DNA of 64,000 nt from Chlamydiia bacterium (lineage in GTDB: Bacteria; Chlamydiota; Chlamydiia; Chlamydiales; Rhabdochlamydiaceae), in contig CAWDOQ010000002.1 in NCBI GenBank assembly GCA_963804085.1, positions 96,001 to 160,000 of the forward strand, read 5' to 3'. The position numbers were made by a program, and so were the translations under genes. Positions 19,492 through 29,291 of the stretch are shown one piece after another. Position 1 is the stretch's first letter. Each line of letters opens with the position of its first letter. The notes beneath the pieces are model-generated. The model was not told where the DNA came from. It worked only from the letters and a program-made list of their open reading frames with translations, and did no database searches.

Positions 19492-19720
19492 TCATCTACC
19501 TAAAGCAGCAATCCTGAGGTTTGAATGAGAGTTGCCGATCATTGTACACCCATGTCCTGAGTGAGTAGAAGGCTTAATTTTAATATGTATGTCCTGTCCC
19601 AGGTCATTTAAAAATCTGAAAAGGCGTTCAAGAGAAAAGCTCTTTAAATAACCCTTTAACAATAGAGAAACTTTCGGTTGGCTAATAGACGAAGAGGCTA
19701 AAACACCATTGGCTTGGGTC
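19492..19720 (-). pseudogene. XRE/HigA-type HTH antitoxin remnant
   Basis: ISQPKVSLLLKGYLKSFSLERLFRFLNDLGQDIHIKIKP; N-terminus degraded; no toxin partner. Confidence 0.65.
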
Positions 19721-19857
19721 AAAAAAAGAGATAAAAGACAATGCAAAATGCAAAACTCAAAGAAAGGGGGCGAGTTTGGTTGCATGTTTCCTTCTAAAGA
19801 AGATGTTAAGAGCTGAGATTTTTTATCTCAGGTTTTTACTGCACGGGTTTGATGACC

Positions 19858-22800
19858 TTACGAGAAAACTCGCCTTCTTATGTCGCTCGGTGCCTCTTCT
19901 TTTCTTTCAAGTCCGGAAGGAATTCCGAGATGGTCGGTGACAGTTTCATGACCGTTTGCTAGTTGATCCAGTCTTTGGCGAATCTGGGCAATTTCACGTT
20001 CCAGCTTCAAGCTCATGCCAGCAGGACCTTGGAGTGCGGTAGGATTAACTAAAAGCTGGTCTTGAGGACCTCGGCTCCCCGCTGAGGTGGATTCTTCTGA
20101 AAAAGTAGTTCTCATGAAAAGCTCGAAGACCTTTTCATACTTTTGAAACTTTTCAAGATTTACATTGCTCTGGTTTTTTTGCTGCGCAGCTTTAATTTTT
20201 TGGAGCTCTTCCTGATCCATCCTGCGTGCTTCTTGGAGTTCTTTTAATTGCCTCTGTGTTGCCTGCAGTTCATCTAGTGAGAAAGTTGTGGGCTTTGAAG
20301 AATGTGAGGAAGCTCCCGCAAGCTCTGTCGGCTGCAAACCCAAACCGAGAGAAGAGGGTAACTCCATGACGGCGGGGTTCTTCTTTAAGACAAGCGCCAC
20401 AAGAGCAGGCACATCCTTTGGTTCAGGACGGTAGGTCACCTCTTTTTTCATGAATGCGAGGAGAAGAATTTGACATTGTTCTTCTGCAAATAGTCTTAGC
20501 TTCGTATCGACCTCTTCGTTTTTTAGGAGCTTGTCTTGCAGCTTACTATAATTTTCAACCTGTCGTTTAAAAAAACCGGCCTTGGTCGTATTTAGTGCCT
20601 CGATCTCGTTGATTTTCTCAATCGTCACTCCCCTTGCGACCATTTCGCCAATAGGTTCGTAGCTGAGAGCGCCTGTAAACAACATGGCGACATGCTTGAC
20701 AGCTCTTGCTTTTTCAAGACTATTATAGCCTTTTAAGGGACCATTCAAGATCTGTAGTATAAGTCCGACTCCTGGGATGGATTGTGACAACTGTCCTAGG
20801 CTCCCAGTAAAATCCAACACCATGTCCGATTTTTCAGTTGCAAGCGAAGCTTGTGCACCCCCGAGCATTTTGGTGTCGATCACCATACATGCTGCGATGA
20901 CTTTGTTGAAGGTGTTTTGGAAAACAAAATAAAAGTCCCCTGCTTTGTCGTTCTCCAAAATCTTTTGCCGCTCTTTTAAAGCTTGAAGATGGAGAGCTTC
21001 GCGATCTAGAACCGATACAAGAGCGCTCTCATTGCCATTTATTAGGCCGCTAAGATTTACTCCATTGCTTGATCCTGCATGCTGCTGAAGTTCAGCAACC
21101 TTCTTTTGACTTTGAATGATGCTGGCTTCTAAACCTTTGCATCTATCAACGAGTTCTTGTTGCTGCTTCAGCAATAAAGTCTGGGACTCGGCTTCCGCGG
21201 GCTTTTTCTGTGTATCTATTGGCTTGGGAATAATGGGAGGGATGTGCTCTGCAGCGGGCATCTTCAATGCTTGCGCGGTGGAAGCTGCGGGTTGTGGCAT
21301 AATTGGAAGTGGTGGTGCAGAGGGGGCCTTTAAACGAGCCAAAGCTGTATGAGCGAGTTCATCTCCTTGAGCTGCTGCCGCTTCATACAGTTCACATGCT
21401 CGCTGCAAGTCTTTCGGAACTCCTAATGCATACTCGTGAAGTCTCGCTAGATTGTATTTTGCGGCCGGGCTTCCTTTATTAGCCCCAGTTTTATAATACT
21501 CGCAGGCTTTTTCGTAGTCTTTAACCACTCCTAATCCATCGCTAAAGAAATTGCCGAGCCTGTTCAGGGCATCAGCATCTCCTCCCTGTGCCGCTTCCGT
21601 ATACAGTTCGAGAGCTTTTTTGTAGTATTGGGCTATATGGATGGTATCAACCGAGCCAGAGCCAAAGACACGTCCGAAGAGGGCATCATCTTCATATTTA
21701 GCATTTTTAGCATAACCTTCATTTGCCGCTTCTTCATACAGTTCACGTGCTTTTTTGTAATCCCGCAGAACTCCTAATTCATTCTCGTAAAGACGTGCAA
21801 GGTTGCCCTTTGCTACCACGCTTCCTTTACTAGCCCCCTCTTCGTAGTATTCGCGAGCTTTTTTGTAGTCTCGCGTCACTCCCAATCCGTTTTCATGGAT
21901 AAAACCCAGCCCGTTCAGGGCATCAGCATATCCTTTTTTTGCGGCTTCTTCATATAGTTCACGGGCTTTTTCGTAGTCTTGCACTACTACTCCTAATCCA
22001 TCCCTATAGAAATCAGCCACTGTGTTCAGAGAACAAGCGTCTTCTTTGGCAGCCGCAGCTTCGTATTGTTCTTTGAGCGCCGCAGCTTTCCAATATTCAT
22101 TGGCTTTTTTGTGGTCTTGCGCGACTCCTACTCCAGAATAATAGAAATTACCCAGTAATTTCAGGGCAAATGTATATCCTTCTTTTGCTGCTTCTTCATG
22201 CAGTTCACGGGCTTTTTTGTAGTCTTGCGGAACTCCTAATGCATGCTCGTAAAGATGCGCTAGGCCGTATTTTGCTCCTGCGCTTCCTTTACTAGCCCCG
22301 GCTTCGAAGTATTCGCGGGCTTTTTTGTAGTCTCGTTCTACTCCTGATCCCTCCCAATACAACCAACCCAGACAGCATAGACCATCGGCAATTCCGCCAT
22401 TTCCTGCTTCTTCATACAGTTCATGCGCTCGTTTGTAGTCTTTCGGAACTCCTAATGCATGCTTGTAAAGATTTGCAAGGTTGTATTTTGCTCTCATACT
22501 CCCCTTGCCTGCCGCTAGTTCGTAATATCCGCGGGCTTTTTTGTAATCCTGGGCGACTCCTAATCCAGCAGAATAGAAATTACCAAGCTCGTTCATGGAA
22601 CGCTCGTCTCCTTTAGCGGCTGCAGCTTCGAAGTATTCATCGGCTTTTTTGTAATCTCGTGCTACTCCTAATCCGTCTCTATAGAAAATGCCAAGAGAAT
22701 ATTGTGCATCGACATGTCCTTGTAATGCTGCTTTTTCATCCCATTTGCGTGAGCTTTCATAGTCTATTGTCCCACCTAAGCCTTCTTCTAATAATCGCGC

Positions 22801-23952
22801 AAGCTCAAATGCGGCATTAGCAATGCCTCCATTCGCCGCTTCTTCAAACAGTTCACGTGCTTTTTTGTAATCTTGTGCTACGCCTTCGTTAGGAGCGCCT
22901 TTATAGTATTTCATTCCAAGTTGGTATTGTGCATTCGCTTTTCTAGCGCGCGCATCTTGCAACGTTTTTGCCATGAGCTGCGGACTAATTGATGAGCTTG
23001 TTGCGCTACTTACTTTGGAAACAGAATTTGTTGGGTTTTGCCCCAAAGGGAGAGAGGCGTTAGCTTGCACGTTCGCGGGTTGTGATTTCCCAGAAACGGC
23101 TTTGGAAGTTAAGCGTGTGTCAAGCGCATGGCTGGCCACATGACTGAACTTCATTGAGTGTGCTTTATGACGCTTGTTGGCAATGCGCGGTTTGCGGGGA
23201 ATTGCATTTTTGATTGCTTTCTCAGCACCACCTATCAAGCCCGGACGAAACTCAGCGCGCATCAACCTCAGTTTTCTTATCAGGAGATTGACATCAGTTT
23301 GTGCACTCGCAGGCTGTACTTGTCCAGAAACTGCTATAGAAGTTAGTGCGTTTGTAGACACAGGGGCGGACTGAGAAACCGTATGCGATTCAGCTGGGGA
23401 GGTTAAGCTGGCTAAAGCAGTTCGCGCACCTTTATGTCCTTGCTCAGCTGCAGCCGCGAAGTATTCTCTAGCTTTTGCAAGGTCTTTTGCTATTCCTAAA
23501 CCTTCTGCGTAAAAAACACCAAGAGCATGCAGGGCTTTTGCATAACCAGCTGCCGCTGCTTTTCGAAACCATTCTCTGGCTTTTACGTAATCTTGTGGTA
23601 CACCCAGGCCATTTTTAAAAAGTTGACCAAGTGCGTATTCTGCATCTGTAAAACCTTGCTTAGCAGCCTTTTCCCACCAGGTATATGCTTTATTGTAGCT
23701 TTGTGCTAAGCCCTCGTTAGGAGAGCCAGTATAGTATTTTATCCCCAGTTGCGTCTGCGCCTTTGGATCCCCAGCATATGCATCTAGTTCAAGACGTTCT
23801 AATTCAAATCCGATTTTTTGAGCAGGAGCTGCGCTTTGCATTGTGCTCATTACATATGCAGAGGCATTAGGTTGCATGCCTGCGGGCTGTGATGGTATTG
23901 AAGTTGAGATTGCTCCAAGTTTGCTGCTTGATGTAATGAGGGCCGTGCTCAT
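19858..23952 (-). CDS. Large Sel1-repeat protein with Ser/Thr-rich leader and coiled-coil C-terminal domain; candidate effector
   Basis: Many A..LG..Y..G.GV.QDYKKA..Y..AA..G repeats in two blocks. Confidence 0.92.
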   Translation of the reverse strand: MSTALITSSSKLGAISTSIPSQPAGMQPNASAYVMSTMQSAAPAQKIGFELERLELDAYAGDPKAQTQLGIKYYTGSPNEGLAQSYNKAYTWWEKAAKQGFTDAEYALGQLFKNGLGVPQDYVKAREWFRKAAAAGYAKALHALGVFYAEGLGIAKDLAKAREYFAAAAEQGHKGARTALASLTSPAESHTVSQSAPVSTNALTSIAVSGQVQPASAQTDVNLLIRKLRLMRAEFRPGLIGGAEKAIKNAIPRKPRIANKRHKAHSMKFSHVASHALDTRLTSKAVSGKSQPANVQANASLPLGQNPTNSVSKVSSATSSSISPQLMAKTLQDARARKANAQYQLGMKYYKGAPNEGVAQDYKKARELFEEAANGGIANAAFELARLLEEGLGGTIDYESSRKWDEKAALQGHVDAQYSLGIFYRDGLGVARDYKKADEYFEAAAAKGDERSMNELGNFYSAGLGVAQDYKKARGYYELAAGKGSMRAKYNLANLYKHALGVPKDYKRAHELYEEAGNGGIADGLCCLGWLYWEGSGVERDYKKAREYFEAGASKGSAGAKYGLAHLYEHALGVPQDYKKARELHEEAAKEGYTFALKLLGNFYYSGVGVAQDHKKANEYWKAAALKEQYEAAAAKEDACSLNTVADFYRDGLGVVVQDYEKARELYEEAAKKGYADALNGLGFIHENGLGVTRDYKKAREYYEEGASKGSVVAKGNLARLYENELGVLRDYKKARELYEEAANEGYAKNAKYEDDALFGRVFGSGSVDTIHIAQYYKKALELYTEAAQGGDADALNRLGNFFSDGLGVVKDYEKACEYYKTGANKGSPAAKYNLARLHEYALGVPKDLQRACELYEAAAAQGDELAHTALARLKAPSAPPLPIMPQPAASTAQALKMPAAEHIPPIIPKPIDTQKKPAEAESQTLLLKQQQELVDRCKGLEASIIQSQKKVAELQQHAGSSNGVNLSGLINGNESALVSVLDREALHLQALKERQKILENDKAGDFYFVFQNTFNKVIAACMVIDTKMLGGAQASLATEKSDMVLDFTGSLGQLSQSIPGVGLILQILNGPLKGYNSLEKARAVKHVAMLFTGALSYEPIGEMVARGVTIEKINEIEALNTTKAGFFKRQVENYSKLQDKLLKNEEVDTKLRLFAEEQCQILLLAFMKKEVTYRPEPKDVPALVALVLKKNPAVMELPSSLGLGLQPTELAGASSHSSKPTTFSLDELQATQRQLKELQEARRMDQEELQKIKAAQQKNQSNVNLEKFQKYEKVFELFMRTTFSEESTSAGSRGPQDQLLVNPTALQGPAGMSLKLEREIAQIRQRLDQLANGHETVTDHLGIPSGLERKEEAPSDIRRRVFS

Positions 23953-24163
23953 AAATTCTCCTGGTAACTAAGATGGCTGTTCATGCGAGTAAGCATGATA
24001 TTTGCTATGGAAGATTTCACACAATGAACAAGTCAGAAGACCACTGGCAACTATAAAAATTACTAGCAATAATACAATCTTTGATCTTAACATCTTCTTT
24101 AAACTTTTGGGCGCCGATCGAAAAACGGTAGGCGTATATTTTTCAACTAAATCTGGAGATTTT

Positions 24164-24763
24164 ATGAGCACGTTTCCCCTAGCATCCAACGACACACTCG
24201 GAACGCTTTCTACCCAACCAAGTGCAAGCGTAACTTATGGAACGTCCTACTCTACTGACATGAAAGCAGATCCATCAGCGTATACAAGAAGTACGATACA
24301 AAGCGCACCACCTTCTCAGTCAACTGGCACGCGGCTAGAGGTTTTAGAAGACAAGTTGCAGCGTCTTGTTGACGACCACGTAAATTTGGATGTAAGCCTT
24401 TTTGAAAACGAATACAAACTCGATGGAATCGATTCGCTCAAACGTACAGAACAAGAAATCGCGCCGTTACCAGATGGGTGCAAATTGGTTACGCGATTGG
24501 TCTTATTAGATGGATCCAGATATACCGGACAACTTAATAAAGACGGTAAACCATCTGGACGCGGCTTTCTAATTTATCCTCCTGCGAACACAAACGCCCG
24601 ACTTTTTTACGTAGGAAAATTTGAGAACGACATGCCTCATGGTGAAGGGATTTTGCAATGGGTAAATGGAGAAAAATTTGAGGGTATTATGGACCGAGGC
24701 CGGACAGAGCTTGAGGTCAAAGAAGGTAGCACATGTCATTGTGGTAATTGCACAATCCTTTAA
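24164..24763 (+). CDS. MORN-repeat protein with C-terminal CaaX (CTIL)
   Basis: DGSRYTG..GKPSGRG, YVGKF..HGEG, GEKFEG. Start set by GGAG RBS and identity to the paralog. Confidence 0.85.
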   Translation: MSTFPLASNDTLGTLSTQPSASVTYGTSYSTDMKADPSAYTRSTIQSAPPSQSTGTRLEVLEDKLQRLVDDHVNLDVSLFENEYKLDGIDSLKRTEQEIAPLPDGCKLVTRLVLLDGSRYTGQLNKDGKPSGRGFLIYPPANTNARLFYVGKFENDMPHGEGILQWVNGEKFEGIMDRGRTELEVKEGSTCHCGNCTIL

Positions 24764-24817
24764 AACCGTAGTTAAAGAAGAAAATGTCAACGCTTTTCAA
24801 CTAAATCAGGAGATTTT

Positions 24818-25474
24818 ATGAGCACGTTTCCCCTAGCATCCAACGACACACTCGGAACGCTTTCTACTCAACCAAGCACAAGCGTAAGCTATGGAACGTC
24901 TTACTCTACAGAAAAGAAGTCAGACCCCTCAGCGTATACAGGCAGCACGCTCCAAAGCGCAGTTCCAGCTCAATCAAATGCGGTGACACCAGAGGCCTTG
25001 GCTCTCGCTATGCAATTGCTTGCTAGACAGGGAATGGTTCTGCAACCAGTACAACCAGAAACTATCGTGTTATCGGATGGGTCTAAATATACGGGACCGG
25101 TTAATAAAGACGGTAAGCCGCACGGGCGTGGTGTTCTAACTTATCCTCCTGCGAACCGCGACGCACTACTTAGTTACACAGGAGAGTTTGATAACGGAGA
25201 GCTTCACGGCCAAGGACTTGTAAAATGGCTGAGTGGAGAAACATTTGAGGGTTTTATGGACCGCGGATCTAGGAGCCGAGGAAAACAAACGTCGGCTACT
25301 GGGGGTTGGTATTTTACAGGAAGCTACAAAGACAATCAAAGATGGCATGGAGAAGAACATTATAAAGTGACTAGTCAAGATGGTACATACTGGCAATTTG
25401 CGTATATCAGAGAAGGCAGCAAATGCAACTCGGCAAATTTTTGTTGTGGTAAAGATGATTGCACAATCCTTTAA
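24818..25474 (+). CDS. MORN-repeat protein with C-terminal CaaX (CTIL), paralog
   Basis: MORN motifs; ends CCGKDDCTIL*. Confidence 0.85.
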   Translation: MSTFPLASNDTLGTLSTQPSTSVSYGTSYSTEKKSDPSAYTGSTLQSAVPAQSNAVTPEALALAMQLLARQGMVLQPVQPETIVLSDGSKYTGPVNKDGKPHGRGVLTYPPANRDALLSYTGEFDNGELHGQGLVKWLSGETFEGFMDRGSRSRGKQTSATGGWYFTGSYKDNQRWHGEEHYKVTSQDGTYWQFAYIREGSKCNSANFCCGKDDCTIL

Positions 25475-25478
25475 ATCG

Positions 25479-25630
25479 TAGAGCCAGTTGCAAAACTCCT
25501 CCTTCGTCGGGGCTTCGTAAGGTAAAATGATCCCTCTGACTCGTCCATCGGCCCCATTTTCGGCCTAAATGCGGCTAGGTCACCGTTTCCTCACTAAAAA
25601 ACGCCCTCTTTTGGGCAGCATCGTCCTCAG
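25479..25630 (+). mobile_element. Truncated MITE-like remnant beginning TAGAGCCAGTTGCAAAA
   Basis: The same terminal motif forms the palindrome at 45423-45468. No right end found, so the boundary is uncertain. Confidence 0.45.
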
Positions 25631-25786
25631 TGCTCGCTCATGGTCCTTTTCTCTCCTTTTTTCTCTTTAATCTCGCTACGTAAACAGTCGTAGCAACGTA
25701 AGCGGGAAATAAACCCATCTGTTTTTGTCTGGCACGTGGCGTCTCGGCGTCTTGGCGGCTTTGCGTTGAACATGTTGCTCGAGCGC

Positions 25787-25873
25787 AATCTCGCCTCTTC
25801 AGGGGCGATTAGCCGAGCTATATAGGTAATGCGACGCAAAGCAGGAGCTCCTTGCATGGGGAGAATCTCCTGC
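25787..25873 (+). repeat. 88-bp two-hairpin dispersed element, copy 2
   Basis: Matches the reverse complement of 3852-3939. Confidence 0.85.
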
Positions 25874-25918
25874 GTTTACGCGGGATGTTCTTCAATTCCG
25901 AAGATTAAGCACAAAGAA

Positions 25919-27579
25919 TTAAAATTGATGGAAGGTGGCGAGGAGGTGGTCGAGGATGGAGGAGAGCTCTTGCCACTTGCGCTCGTCGCGCTTCTCGGGA
26001 TCTTGGTAGTAGCGGAAGAGGATGCGGTCTAGCGCGGGGTCGACTAGCTGCAGAAGCGCTGTGTAGGCGATCTCTTCTTGCCAGTCGCTTTCGAGGAGAG
26101 TCTTTTTTCCAAAAACAGGTTTGGTGAGCATCTCACGTGCAATGACGCGGCAGCGCTGCAAGCTCTCTTCGACCTCTCGGTAGAGCTGCAAGATTTTGCC
26201 CTTCGTGATGTGCGGCAACTTTGCTTGCTGGATCTCGGTGTCGATCTTGCCTCGTAGATCAAAGCTTGTGCTTAGATCTATGCTGCCGAGTGGCGCGTAT
26301 GGGATCTCGGAAAAGCCAAGCCCGCCCTCTGTCGCATTGATAAATCTGCGTTCGGGATGACTCTTGGCAAACTCTTCGATGCAATCTCTTTCCATCACCC
26401 ATTTGACGAGTGTGTAGATCGGCTTTCCATCACGCCCCTTCTCGAGGAGAATCTGCTCGGTGGCGCGCTTATCTTTTTGCAAGGCTTCGATCGATATTTT
26501 AGGGTCCTCTACAACCCCGTCTGCATACCTTTTCATACCGGTATAGGCAAGATCGACGCCGGCCAGGATGATCGGATCGCAGCCGAGCGCATAGGCGTAG
26601 GCGATTGCAAGGGTGGTCACAGAAAGCGCTTCACGTCCTAAGTCCGGGCCGATCGCTGTGCCTGCGATGTCCAGCTTCTCTTCCATCCAACTCTCAAAGA
26701 TGCCGCCTGTATCCGACTTCATATAGCCAACCGGGCCTTTACATAGGGAAAAGACGGAAGGGAGCAACCGGTTTGTGTAGAGAAATGGCATTTCTAGAGG
26801 TTTCGCAGGAAGAAGACGCTCATACTCTTCGGGATTGGGGTCGAGTGCCATCCCAAAATGGGGTGTAATACCCAAAGATTTGAGTGCAGAAAGTGTAGAG
26901 CCTCCTGCAAAGATGAGCGCGTCGTTCCTCCAGTTCTTTAAGTGCAGCAGCTCGATGCTTTAAGCGAGGGACCAGCTCCGCAGATGACAGCGGGAATACC
27001 TTTAAACTTGCCAGTCATTGCATTGGCATAAAATGCCTCGGGAAGGTGCAGAAGATTAGGCAGCACATTTTCTAAAAGCTTATGAGTGTAGAGGCCATCT
27101 GCTAAAAGAGCATGCAGCGCTGCTGTTTTGCGCAGAAGTTTAAGACGGCTGGTCTCTATCTTGCTCTTATCTTTTTCCCGTGCAGCAAACTGGACCCGCT
27201 CGCAAGGGTAGGTCTGAGCAAGTTCCTCTAAGTCACTCTCCCAGTCCTGCACATAGCGTAAGAGGACCTGCTGATCTTCTAAAATCTCTTTAGCACACTC
27301 TGTCTCCAAAAATGCTGCAAAGCCGGCGAGCTCCTCTTCCAAAATAATCAATCTTCTTTCCGAGCGCTCATGCAGCCACGCGTTTAGATCTTTGTAGTAG
27401 TGGCCATCTCCCAAGCCATAGAGATAGAGGATCTCTACTCCTTGAAGATCTAGCGGACCGATCTTCTCTTTTGGTAAGTTTTTGATCAGCTTGTAGGGCA
27501 TGTAAGAGAGGTGAAAGCCGATCTCGGGATAGCGCTCCATTAAAAGTTGTTTCATATTTTTTGCCTCTGTACTGTACAA
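25919..27579 (-). CDS. Maf/DUF115 (MptE-like) family protein, split by indels near 26920-26960
   Basis: AVICGAGPSL, (L)IFAGGS, ALDP, LGCDPIILAGVDLA, FINATEGG. Confidence 0.8.
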
Positions 27580-27603
27580 AAAATTAATGTCGAAAAATTT
27601 CTA

Positions 27604-27797
27604 CAGGAAGGCAAGCAGCAGGATAGGCAGAATAAGAAAGAAAAAGAGTTAAAACAGGATGGGCAGGATAGACAGGATGAAGATGAAGAAAGAATTTTTT
27701 TTTGTTTCTCTTTCTTATCCTGTCTATCCTGCCCATCCTGTTTTAACTCTTCCTTTTTTCTCGCGTTCCTCCTTTTCCTCATCCTGTAAATCCTGTT
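27604..27797. repeat. CAGGAT 9-mer-armed palindrome with nested outer remnants
   Basis: Perfect 35-bp inverted arms 27644-27678 / 27717-27751; further CAGGAT/ATCCTG units outside. Confidence 0.9.
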
Positions 27798-29291
27798 ATA
27801 AGCCTTGTGTCTTCCAAATTTTTGTCGAGCACAGAGATTTTTTGCATCTCTTGCACGACTTTTTTATAAAAAAGCAGTCTCTGCAAATATTCTTCGATGT
27901 GGGGCGAGCTAATTTCAAGAGACTTGCGCGTCCATATCGGCTGCCAGACCTTCCAGAGCGGATCTATTATATTCTGAAAAGCAAGCTCCTCTTCCAGCTC
28001 TACCTCTAAAAGAGCCCCCTCTCCTGTTTCAGAAGGGAGCCTCGGAAAGCGCTCATCGAAAAGAGCGAGCAGCTTTTCAATTCTCTCACCAGAGCGCTTG
28101 AGGCTGCTCTCAACAACATGCAACAACTCCTGCACTTGTTGCTTCTCTATTCCAAGTGGTGGAATCTTGTTAATCTCTTGCTGAACAAGATTGTGTAGAT
28201 CCCACTCTCTTTGGCAATGCTTGCTTGCAAGAGCAGAAAGCGAGCTTGCGCTTGCCTGAATAAAGTTATGTTCGGGATGCTGCTTCGCAAAATTTTCAAG
28301 CCACTCCTTTGCAAACAGCCAGTCGCGGCGTGTAAATGCCTTTTTGCCGTTTGAATCTTGGATAGAAACTAGTCCTTCAGTCCCCTCCTCCACTCCTGCG
28401 GCATAGAGCTTCTCCCCGTCGCTTGCCAGGTCTACCCCTACAAAAATAATGCGGATTACACCCTAATTCCACGCTAAGAGCCGTACAGAAGGTAGCGACA
28501 TTCCACCCGCCATCAAATGTGCTCTCCTCTATCCCGCACTCTTTTTGAAGCCACTCTTCGATCGGATAGCCGCCGCTCCCCTCCATCCAGAGAAGGGGCG
28601 CGTGGATAGACGCAAGAAGCTCCTGCGAAACACGGCTCTGATAAAAGAAAGGAGAGCTAAAGCTCGCCTGCCCTTTTAACCTCTCATGAGGGGGATCGGG
28701 ATCGATACTCGCTGCAAAGTGGGGAGTGATCTTCTCTTGCGCCAAGATATTTAAAGCGGATCCTCCCGCAAAGAGAAGAGCATTGTTTTGCAGTTTACGC
28801 AAAGCCCCTATCTCGCGCTCAAGCGTAGGGCCCGCGCCACAGATGATCGCAGGTATCCCTTTGAAACGGTTGAATAGCGCGCGCCCGCGTTTTGCATCAC
28901 AAAACTTTGGCATATTGGCATAGACGTTGCTTAAGATGCGCACACCAAAATCGCGAAAATCTGAGGCGACCAGGTGCACGCCAGACTGGTAGTGCCGCAT
29001 CTTGCTAAAGAGCTCTTCTGCTCTCTTTTTCTGCTCGGAAGGGCCAAGCGCTAAATAGGAGAATTTCAGAAAGACAAACTCCCAAGCAGCCTGCTTAAAA
29101 GACTCCTCATCGCCTGTAAATACAAACCGCACTCTGGAATCTTGAAAGAGTGCCTGTATATGGTCGCTCTCTTCCAGGATGCAGAGAAGCCGCCTCTCCT
29201 GCTTTTGGTTCAGCCACTTGGCAACTTCAGGATAAACCTCGCCAAAATCACCGCCGTAGAGACAAACAATATCTGTGTCTTCTTCAATCAT
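27779..29291 (-). CDS. Maf/DUF115 family protein, split by one extra base near 28451
   Basis: AIICGAGPTL, FAGGSA, SIDP; removing one base gives LGCNPIIFVGVDLA. Confidence 0.8.

Noticed and set aside
24002-24163. N-terminal extension of the first MORN ORF (likewise 59405-59539 of rluD)
   Set aside because: RBS and paralog identity place the start at 24164; the rluD extension is repeat-derived.
27547-28009. ORFs encoding QDGQDRQD / SCLSCPSC repeats
   Set aside because: Translations of the CAGGAT palindrome.
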